DNA of 38,061 bases from Octopus bimaculoides (lineage: Eukaryota): the NCBI RefSeq assembly GCF_001194135.2, contig NC_068982.1, positions 17,732,800-17,770,860 on the forward strand, in the 5' to 3' direction. The position numbers and the translations under genes are program-made. Under the pieces are notes generated by a model. The model was not told the DNA's origin. It saw nothing but the letters and a program-made list of their open reading frames with translations, and did not search any database. Below are positions 11,971-22,019 of this stretch, piece by piece (the stretch's first letter is position 1; every line of letters begins with the position of its first letter).

Positions 11971-13271
11971 CTATATATACATACATATACACATATATAT
12001 GCACACACACACACACGCACACACATATATATATGTATGTATATATATATATAATTAATCACTGGGTAGCAAAAAAAAAAAACTTTGAAATTTTATTTAC
12101 TACCAGTGGTCTAGCGAGAAGAAAAAATTAGTCAATAGACTATATATTATTTGACCTTATATTTATTCTACTGCTTCTTAAAATTCTCAGTTGCTTGGCT
12201 TGTTTTAATCAAAATTATCGACTAATAAGAAATCAAAATAAATCGGAAAATCGGACAAAATGTCGCTTATGTCTTTTCCGTTGGATAAGAGACGCAAGTG
12301 CAATATTTCAGTTCAGATAAAAAAAAACAAAACAAAAAAAAAAACGGAATCGATTCTGAGAATCGTTAGTTTTACATTAGATGCAAAGGACTAAAACATT
12401 AATCCTTTATATTAGCCAAAGACCAATGAACGCTTATAATGATCCTGCTCTTCTCAAGTTCACATATGATACAGAGAAATTGAACTTTATACTATCAACG
12501 ATTAAAACTGCTGCCGTAGTTTCGGCTAGCTACTAGGAACTTAACTCTTGTTCTACTGCTCACGTCATATTAAATCTGTATATTTACAAGTATAATCAAT
12601 ATTAAAGCTAAATTCTTAATAAAGATAAAATATGAAAAAACACAAAACAAAACGAAACAGGACGAATAAATGGATCTATTGCATATCGATATGCCATGAT
12701 ATACAGTTTTTAGATGTGTCAACGCAATTGTACTTAGTTTATACTATTTTACGTCAAACAGTGACCTCCGAGCAAAAGTGTGACGTTTTTACGAAACTTA
12801 GATTCTTTTTCTGTTGGAGTAAGTACTTTCAGAATTTGATATCCATTGCACAAGATATGTATTTGAAACTGTTTCAACTTAACATTTATAGTGATCTACT
12901 TAACTTGCACTACAACAAAATTTTCAACTCACTGAAGTAGTATTCACAAGTGGTTTCTTCACTGGTTGGCTTCCTTTTACCCCTTTAGTTGAAGTATTTC
13001 ATTATTGATCATACTATTCCATGTACTGCTTCGAATCTGGCACAATCACGGTCTTATGTCCGTTTCTGAAGAATCTAGAATTTACAAGTAGTTACTGAAT
13101 TTATTCCATCCATGTTTCCTTGTTTTTCTCACGAATAAAATTATATGCTTGCACTGCCTCTACATTTCTATATCTAACACTTTCTTTTCGTTGGTTGCTA
13201 CAACATCTCCATTTCTTTGTCACTTTATATGTTTGATATACATGTTTCTTGCTCTTTACACATGTAGCTCA

Positions 13272-13503
13272 ATCTCCGAGCTGGCAGAATCGTTAGCATG
13301 CCGGGCGAAATGCTTAGCGGTATTTCGTCTGCTGTTACGTTCTGAGTTCAAATTCTGCCGAAGTCGACTTTGTCTTTCATCCTTTTGGGGTCGATTAAAC
13401 AAGTACCAGCTACGCACTGGAGCCGATGTAATCAACTTAATCCCTTTGTCCTTGTTTGTCCCCCACCCTGTGTTTAGCCCCTTGTGGGCAATAAATAAAT
13501 AAA
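13272..13503 (+). mobile_element. Family A tRNA-derived SINE (Meta/MESC-like core) with a variant 3' tail ending in AATAAATAAAT
   Basis: GAGCTGGCAGAATCGTTAGC head, B-box-like GAGTTCAAATTC, core TTTGTCTTTCATCCTTTTGGGGTCGATTAAACAAGTACCAG. Confidence 0.85.
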
Positions 13504-14055
13504 TCTCCACTCATTCAATAATTTCTTCCATTCCTTCCTTCTTTCCTTCCTTCCTTTCATCCATTCATTCACACAACACCCCTCTTATAATCTTACCCAC
13601 TCTGCCTCAAATTTCAACGGGGTTTACGTTATTTGTTCTTCAGATAATCTTTACAACTTTTTAGTAGCAAAACTTTAGCATTTTCTACCAAAGTACAATA
13701 ATATACACGCATTCATACATACAAACATACATATCTCCTACACATACATACATAAATACATACATGCATACATACATACATGCATGCATATATACATACA
13801 TACGCACATACGTACATACATACATACATGAAGTCAACTGTGTGTAGAAAAAGATGTCTACTCTGTCCCCTGGGATCTCCGTTATGGATAAAACTTATTG
13901 GCATAAAATTCACACCGGTACCTTTATTCGAACTGGCTTGACGTTCTTAATAGGGAACAGTAATGTACACATATGCATGCACATATACATACATGACATA
14001 CATACATACATACATACATAATACATGCATACATACATACATACATACATACATA

Positions 14056-14530
14056 CTCCATCCAGATTACAAGTTCAGGTTTATACCTATAATTATTGGG
14101 GCCCTGGGATATGTAACACACTGCCTAAGTACCAATATTGAGAAATTAGGGCTTCTCAAAACCAGAAAGGAGAAAGCTAATTCGAAGGCTACAGATCCAA
14201 TCCATCACTGGAACTGTAAAAATTTGTAAAACTTTCCTGAAATTTACCATTTAAATATATATGAGCATGTCTAGATATGTAACTATATGCATGAGAATAC
14301 ATACATAAAACATACAAATATGCACATACATAAATACATACATTCATACATACATACATACATACATACATGCATGCATATATAACATGTTGTTGATGTT
14401 GAAATTCCAATGATGGAGCCTTGGATCTAGGTTGGAAACCGGTTCTTTCTCTATAGGCAAGAAATTTTGATATAAATTGAATAACGACATACATACATTC
14501 ATGCATACATACATGCACACATACATAACA
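14056..14530 (+). mobile_element. 3' end of a second RLE-type LINE family (C-terminal ORF plus 3' UTR with internal and terminal TACA repeats)
   Basis: LHPDYKFRFIPIIIGALGYVTHCL, then after a frameshift KLIRRLQIQSITGTVKICKTFLKFTI*. Highly similar to 32725-33085; the UTR segment 14390-14470 recurs inverted at about 29160-29230. Confidence 0.8.
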
Positions 14531-15317
14531 TACAAAAAATCACATGCAGTACGTACATACACACGCACACGCACACACACACATACACACATATGTAGAG
14601 AGATAAATATATATATATATATTCGTACATGGATATCAACGTTCATACGGTTTAACGCACGACTTTGATATTAAGACATGTGCAATTAACGTTCATCCGG
14701 AGGCAAGACTCTAAATCATACAAGTATTGCGATCTTGAAAGAGGCTGATATTACATTCAAATATTTCATCAAAGCCATCTGCACATCGTTCACGCTTTAG
14801 TCTTTAACATACATACAACAACAAAATCAGCAACCCAACCATCACTTCAGCTAAAATTCATACGTGACGCTCCCAGTGCTTGTTAGTTTTGATAGTTTTA
14901 AAGAACCAAAATAATATGAAATAAAAGAGCTCTCAAGCTGAGCTTTGCGTGAAATATAATCACGATTAAATCTGTCGAAGATGTTTATAAACACCATCGT
15001 ATTATCTATAGATATTAAATTGAAATGAGACAGTAAATAGATGACATCATCAAGGTTAAGAAGGCCCTGGTCTCCCTGTAATTGCTGTGCAACGAAAAAA
15101 TTGTATGAGTCATATATTTTGGTAATTTGAGCCTAAAAGACATAATTTTGTGCAAAGTCTGAATAAACTATGGACTAAATCTGTCAAATATCCATCACAT
15201 TTCATTCGGACTGCTATAGAAGGCACCCAAATGTTCTGCAACTTAAACCCCACCACTTTTAAAAGGGACGAGCGCATTGTATAACATATAATATACTTTT
15301 TGTGGCATTATCCTTAA

Positions 15318-15448
15318 TTTTACTCCTTTTATTTGTTTCAGTCATTAGACTGTGGTCATCCTGGGGCACTACATTAGACTGTGGTCATCCTGGGGTACCA
15401 CATTAGACTGTGATCATCCTGGGACACCTGGGGCACTATTGCTGCGGA
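15318..15448 (-). mobile_element. Family B SINE 3' tail fragment containing a 29-bp tandem triplication
   Basis: Matches the family B tail (TTGTTTCAGTCATT.GACTG.GG.CAT.CTGG); units at 15343-15371, 15372-15400 and 15401-15427. Confidence 0.75.
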
Positions 15449-15475
15449 AATGCCTTGAAAAATGAAAAAAATGGA

Positions 15476-15642
15476 GCAGGCGCAGACGTGGCTGTGTGGT
15501 AAGATACTTGCTTCCCACGCATATGTTTCTGGCTTGAGTCTCACTTCGTGGCATGTTTGACAAGTGTCTTCTCCTTCAAGGCGATGCTCCAGCATGACTG
15601 CAGTCAAATGACTGAAACAAGTAAAAGATAAAAAAAATAAAA
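15476..15642 (+). mobile_element. Family B SINE, internally deleted (tRNA head joined to tail)
   Basis: AGGCGCAGACGTGGCTGTGTGGTAAG head and ACAAGTGTCTTCT segment, then GCTCCAGCATGACTGCAGTCAAATGACTGAAACAAGTAAAAGA tail. Confidence 0.8.
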
Positions 15643-15647
15643 GATTA

Positions 15648-15727
15648 CTTTACGAATATGCGTGTCGTCCTTGCGCAGAGGACACACAAATCATCTCTGT
15701 ATCGTTCTAGTTTCAGAATATGTACTG
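15648..15727 (-). pseudogene. U6: U6 snRNA pseudogene (5'- and 3'-truncated)
   Basis: Minus strand CAGTACATATTCTGAAACTAGAACGATACAGAGATGATTTGTGTGTCCTCTGCGCAAGGACGACACGCATATTCGTAAAG aligns without gaps to the recalled metazoan U6 sequence at 66/80 positions. The ACAGAGA box is intact; the catalytic AGC triad is changed to TGT. Confidence 0.9.
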
Positions 15728-16605
15728 AATATATAAAAATTGGATAGAACGGAGAGAGCACTTTAAATTATAAGCACACTCGATCAATCTTAATTTGAGC
15801 AAAAAACAACAACAATCACGACGGCAACAGCATCAACATCAACATTACAATATTAGACATTTCATACTTGACTTCAGCTAAAAATATTTTAAAGTGCAAG
15901 TCAAGCAGATTGCTAAATTAATCCAACGTATTGAATGTTCCGAGCCAATATATGCAAATAATATTTCTATGAATAATACAATTAATAATGAAACACTAAT
16001 AACATTTACAAAATCAAGGACAATAGCGATATGAGAGCGCAGATAGAGGTCAACAGCATTTCTTCTTAAGTTCACAGAGACGCTTAACGAACAGATGGAT
16101 ACCAAACTTTCATTAACATTTTACGACTTGTTCAAGATTAATCGGTAGTTTGTGTACAAAATATTGACGTAAAAGACCATACTTTTAATATAAACATATA
16201 GAACTTGATGTCGCATGCGCAATAGATCGAAATAGCATCTCGCAGTGAGCGTTATTTATAAATGTAATTCTGTAGTAAGTTATATTTACCGTGGTAATTC
16301 ACAAAATAGAAGCTATAAAAGGCATCTCCTGACAAAAAGATAGGATCTGTATCGATAAATCTGAAGACTTGCTCCCTTTCAGAAGATAGAACAATCGAAA
16401 AGAGAACAATAAATGTAAACAAAAAAGCAAAATATAAACAAAACAATGAAGTAACCAACACAAATAGTTCAAGGCTTTCAGATTAAAAGAATACTATTAG
16501 AATCTGAAAATCAAAACCAAATTAGAACGCAAAATTGTTGTCTGAGACAACGAAATATAAATCAATTCTCTGTTGTATACGGCAGCTTTCCATTTGGAGC
16601 AACTA

Positions 16606-16815
16606 TTACTCTTTTACTCTTTTACTTGTTTCAGTCATTTGACTGCGGCCATGCTGGAGCACCGCCTTTAGTCGAGCATATCGACCCCAGGACTTATTCT
16701 TTGTAAGCCTAGTACTTATTCTATCGGTTTCTTTTTGCCGAACCGCTAAGTTACGAGGATGTAAACACACCAGCATCGGTTGTCAAGTGATGGTGGGAGG
16801 ACAACCACAGACACA

Positions 16816-16848
<33 letters not shown>

Positions 16849-17051
16849 NNNNNNNNNNATATATATATATATATATATACATATATACGACGGGTTTCTT
16901 TCAGTTTCTGTCAACCAAATCCACTCACAAGGCTTTGGTCGGCCCGAGGCTATAGTAGAAGACACTTACCCAAGGTGCCACGCAGTGGGACTGAACCCGG
17001 AACCATGCGGTTGGTAAGCAAGCTACTTACGACACGGCCACTTCTGCGCCT
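16606..17051 (-). mobile_element. Full-length family B tRNA-derived SINE (CORE-like segment, internal TA/TG microsatellite, AGAGTAA-type tail)
   Basis: Minus-strand head AGGCGCAGAAGTGGCCGTGTCGTAAG, B-box-like GGGTTCAGTCC, CACCTTGGGTAAGTGTCTT, tail GACTGAAACAAGTAAAAGAGTAAAAGAGTAA. Confidence 0.9.
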
Positions 17052-17235
17052 TTAAAAATAAAAAAAAAGAAGGCATTTATGGATCACTAATGAGGAGTTT
17101 TATAGATCTTGTGTAGAAAATAAATGTTTGTTTAAATAACCGTTATCACAAGAATGGCAGGATTCGTGAACTCGATCCAGTTCATACATTACTGAAGATC
17201 TCCATATCTGGTAATAACAGTCTGCAATGGCTCTT

Positions 17236-17400
17236 TTATATTTAAAGTGTGATGAGTTCAAATCACACCGGTGTCGTGTTTGCCTTTCATCGTTTCGGGA
17301 TCGATAAAATAAGTACCAGTGGAACACTGGGGTCGATTTAATTGATCTAGTCGCTCCTTCAAACTTGCTGGTCTTGCACCAAAATTTGAAACCAATATTA
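17236..17400 (+). mobile_element. 5'-truncated family A SINE with an AAATTTGAAACC-type tail
   Basis: GAGTTCAAATC, then TTTGCCTTTCATCGTTTCGGGATCGATAAAATAAGTACCAG. Confidence 0.8.
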
Positions 17401-18314
17401 GAAGGGTCAATAGTTGCTCACAGAATGCTAAAAAGAATGAAATAGTCGTTATTTTTTAAAATTTTAATCGTTTATAATCTTATCAGATAGGGCGGAGAGG
17501 GCGTTTAAATAACGTTTAAAGCACTAGCCAAGAACACACAAACGGACACATACACACACACACACACACGCACTTGCACACGCACACAAACACACATAAA
17601 TACATACACTTACACGCAGCCTCAAACAAACAGACTGAAATACAGATAAACATATACACAAAGGCACATACATTTGTCTGTATGTATCTACTTGTGTATT
17701 CCGTCAGGTTAACAGCTTGCCAATCAAAGATAAATTTTGTAGATGGTACACTCACAGGAATAAAGCTGCTGGCTATTTTTAGTTTTACAACGTAGAGATC
17801 AAAGAGACGCTTATTATATATTATCAAATTACTAAGATGTCACGCAAGTTGGGTTTTGCATTAAGCCTCTGTATCATTTCCGAAATCTCATGGCGAGGAA
17901 TTCCTGAGCACGTAGTCAAGAAATAGCTAAAGTAATTCACAGTTATATACATTCATATATTCACATACACAGGCACACACATGTGTGTATACTCATATCA
18001 ACGTTCAATAATAGACAAACAAAAAGCAGAATCAAGCGCACACACACGCGTACACAACAACCCACACACACATGCTTGCACGCACAAACACAGCTACTCA
18101 CACATATATACTGTCATACTGTCACATTCACACATATATACATATGTATTTATGTGTGTGTATATATCACGAATCAAAGGAAATGACATGATTTGAAGGC
18201 GAAATAAAGACGGGAAGATTTAGAAATTATAAGTTTTCAAGATTTACTGCATAGAGTCAGCGGGTCTACATACAATTTTAGCAATACTATAAAGTTTGCT
18301 GATAAAATTCAATA

Positions 18315-18375
<61 letters not shown>

Positions 18376-18888
18376 NNNNNNNNNNNNNNNNNNNNNNNNN
18401 NNNNNNNNNNNNNNNNNNNNNNNNNNNNNNNNNNNNNNNNNNNNNNNNNNNNNNNNNNNNNNNNNNNNNNNNNNNNNNNNNNNNNNNNNNNNNNNNNNNN
18501 NNNNNNNNNNNNNNNNNNNNNNNNNNNNNNNNNNNNNNNNNNNNNNNNNNNNNNNNNNNNNNNNNNNNNNNNNNNNNNNNNNNNNNNNNNNNNNNNNNNN
18601 NNNNNNNNNNNNNNNNNNNNNNNNNNNNNNNNNNNNNNNNNNNNNNNNNNNNNNNNNNNNNNNNNNNNNNNNNNNNNNNNNNNNNNNNNNNNNNNNNNNN
18701 NNNNNNNNNNNNNNNNNNNNNNNNNNNNNNNNNNNNNNNNNNNNNNNNNNNNNNNNNNNNNNNNNNNNNNNNNNNNNNNNNNNNNNNNNNNNNNNNNNNN
18801 NNNNNNNNNNNNNNNNNNNNNNNNNNNNNNNNNNNNNNNNNNNNNNNNNNNNNNNNNNNNNNNNNNNNNNNNNNNNNNNNTGGATAGA

Positions 18889-18937
18889 GTCTTACAGCTG
18901 CTTCAGGGAAAATCCAATGCATCCCTTCATCGGAGAC
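18889..18937 (-). ncRNA. Minimal type I hammerhead ribozyme-like motif (Penelope-type), with two core substitutions
   Basis: GUCU-CCGAUGA-AGGGA(12-nt loop)UCCCU-GAAG-C-AGCU-G-UA^-AGAC. Stems I and II pair perfectly; core deviations are U4C and A15.1G. Confidence 0.7.
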
Positions 18938-19215
18938 AGAAATAGTAGAGGAATCGATTATTATATCTATAAGCGGAGAGTTATAGTAGGAAGTGAGAGT
19001 GAGTGTGATGCGCTGAAAAAAGAAAGAAAAAGCAGTACTTTGAGTGTAGCTTCATTCCAGTAGTAAGTATCCATGCAAATAATCCTTGTGGGTATTTTCC
19101 GGAGATAATTGTTGTAGCAAAGGCGGTATACAGCACTTACTCGATATTACCTGTATCTTTGGGTTTAGTTAAATCCAATACCCTTCTTAACCTTATATAT
19201 ATATATATATATATA

Positions 19216-19485
19216 TTCTTTTATTCTTTTACTTGTTTCAGTCATTTGACATTGCAGCCATGCTGGAGCATCACCTTTAGTTGAACAAATCGACCCCAGG
19301 ACTTATTCTTTGTAAGTCTAGTACTTATTCTATCGGTGCCTTATGCCGAACCGCCAGGTTACGGGGACGTAAACACTCCAACATCGGTTGTGAAGCAATG
19401 GTGGGGGGACCAGACACAGACATTCCCACCTCAACTCCACCCCCACACATACATATATACGACAGGCTTCTTTCAGTTTCCGTCT
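19216..19485 (-). mobile_element. 5'-truncated family B SINE
   Basis: Same body and tail as 16606-17051. Confidence 0.88.
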
Positions 19486-19640
19486 CGCTCTGACCAAAGC
19501 GCTGTAAATGGATTCAGTAGACGGAAACTGAAAGAAGCCCGTCGTATACATACATACATATATATATATCTCTCTCTATATATATGTGAGTGTGTGTGTG
19601 TGCGCGCGCGCGCGCGTGTGAGTGAGTGTGGATGCGCGCA
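19486..19640 (+). mobile_element. Family B SINE internal fragment in opposite orientation, head-to-head with the previous copy
   Basis: GACCAAAGC...GGATTCAGTAGACGGAAACTGAAAGAAGCCCGTCGTATA, followed by TA/TG/CG microsatellite. Confidence 0.8.
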
Positions 19641-19744
19641 CGTGTGTCAAACAACCTCAGAAAAATTTCAACGCTGTGAGTATACAACCCAACTGGTTGG
19701 AACCAATCTGTAATTCATAAACGTGTAAAGGCTCGTGACCTTTT

Positions 19745-20060
19745 GTGGTTAGGGTATTCATCGCACGATCATAAGGTTATGAGTTCGATTCTTGGTGACA
19801 CGTCGTTGTGTCCTTGAGCAAGACAATTTGTTTCATGTTGCTCCAGTTCATTTAGTTGGTCAAAATGAGCAATACTTCCATTTCGAAGTACCAACAGCGT
19901 CACATTCTTCTGTCACACTGAATTTCCCTGGTAACTATGTTACGGGTAAGCGTATCTATGGTATACTCAGCCTCTTGCAAGTTAATTTCACGAGCAGGAT
20001 GTTCCCTTGATAGGATAAACTGGAAACGATGTCGTCTTAACCGATGGAGTACCAGTATTC
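19745..20060 (+). mobile_element. Family C tRNA-derived SINE (CORE-like)
   Basis: GTGGTTAGGGT head, B-box GAGTTCGATTC (19781-19791), TTGTGTCCTTGAGCAAGACA segment shared with 29520-29770. Confidence 0.7.
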
Positions 20061-20279
20061 GCAAACCAACGTATTCCAAACACTAACATATACGGAAACA
20101 AAACATGCAAAGAATCTTAATTTGACTTGAATGTGCCAAGTACTAATAAAGATGACATAAGAAACAGATTATGATCAATTCACAAATTATACATACTAAC
20201 CTTTACGACGGAAAAAATAAAATTTACAAATAAAAATTAATAATAACTAATATACATATATTTAGAAATGTTTACCTTC

Positions 20280-20390
20280 TTTTTCTTGTTTCGGACAATA
20301 AAGTGCGGCCATGATGAATCACCGCCTTGAAGGCTTTAGTCAAATAAATCGCCCTTAGTATGTATTCTATCCGTCTCAGGTAAATGTTTG
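20280..20390 (-). mobile_element. Degenerate family B SINE tail
   Basis: CTTGTTTCGGACAAT..GTGCGGCCATGATGAATCACCGCCTTGAAGG resembles the family B tail. Confidence 0.5.
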
Positions 20391-21908
20391 GCCAAGTTCC
20401 TACGTGCTCTAGTTTTTTCTCGGACCAAGATGGCTTCCACGACAGTACCATGTAAACTAGAGGAGCTATGTAGGGAGAAGCAACAACTGTCGAGTATTTT
20501 CGGAAGTGAGCTATGTGAATAATTAGTAAAGTAGACGAATTACTGGGTGGATTTATTAAGATAATTCTAAAAGATAATCTCTTTACTAGCAGAAAAAAAA
20601 GCAATGATAAAGAATTATTAGAAGCCACAAGAATTGGTGATGCATGTGTAACAAATAAGGAAACGAAATCTATAATGATATATTGTATGGCAATCACCAT
20701 GTTTGACTATACTTCATGGAAGAGGAAAAAAATGAATAAACACAACTGCTTTATTAAAAGAAAAATAGAATATATGATATCCAGTTTTGGACAAAAAAAA
20801 GCGAAATTTTGTGATAGAGAGATAAGAAATATAAGGAATGAATAGAAAGGAAATTTTGAAGAATCTATAAAGAAAAATTATAAGAAGGCTCATAGTGACT
20901 AAAGCTGCATACATATAATACAACATAATGAAATCTTTACTGGCGTAGATAAAAAGCCACGCATTCTTAAGCTGTAAGATGAATTTCAGGAAAACGTGTT
21001 CTGTCATTGTCATGCAGGAACAAATGTTAGAAACAAGAGCATAGAAGATATTGAAAGGACAGAAGTGATATTACATTTATGCAGACAATGCAATGAGAAT
21101 GTAAGAAAAAAACTGACAAAACAAAATAAAACAGTCAATTACCTACTGCAGGAACTAAAATACTCTCTGGAAATTATTACGTCAAAAGTCGTGATAATGC
21201 ATTGATGGTTAATGCAGGAGCTGAGGAAAAGTAATAAAGATTTATTGAAAGATATTCAGTGTGTTATAAAAACCATATGGATTAAAGCTTACACACTAGA
21301 GTATAAACAACACAAGCTATAATGGAATGTTGAATGCAATATGCCTAACACCAGGATACCAAATGAAATTTTAGAAAATAATCCCTAGAAATTGATATGG
21401 ATTATAGATATAACCTTTCACAGTGAGGAAACTACGCAGAAACAAAACAGGAACATAAAGTGAATTTGTAACTGACGTTAATAGCTGTTGATTATCTCCA
21501 AGTCAGCTGCGATCGTGTGGATCTATGATAAAAAACATTCTCTCCTTGATTATACCGTCATATGTTTTAGATAGACTCTATCAAACCATATTATCCAAAA
21601 TATACTTCCTTTTGTAGTGTAAAAAGTTGTGATTTGAAGGAGATTTAGTATCATGTTTTGAAGGAGATTTAATATCATGTTTTGAAGGTCGAACCAAACA
21701 TTGAGGGCTCTTCGTCGATCCCATCAGAGGTTCGTATTTGGAATTGATGAAAGGAAGAAAGAATAACTGTGAAGATTTTATGAAGATTTTACCAGTTGAA
21801 ATATGGTTCTTGTTATTTAGATCGAAGCCAGCACTTATCAGCCGTACTATGATAAAAAGCATTCCAATGACGCCATAATTTTAATTAGAACACAAACATA
21901 CATGTCTG

Positions 21909-21943
<35 letters not shown>

Positions 21944-22019
21944 NNNNNNNNNNNNNNNNNNNNNNNNNNNNNNNNNNNNNNNNNATATATATAGTGGAAA
22001 TATTTGACCGCTAAAGAAT

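Noticed and set aside
15343-15427. CRISPR-like appearance of the short direct repeats (also 21633-21688 and 7321-7412)
   Set aside because: The units are contiguous with no unique spacers, there are no cas genes, and the context is eukaryotic.
15728-15775. Possible second inverted U6 fragment (ATATATAAAAATTGGA) or displaced U6 5' end (GTGCTCTCTCCG on the minus strand)
   Set aside because: The matches are short and AT-rich, and the two readings conflict; they cannot be distinguished from chance.
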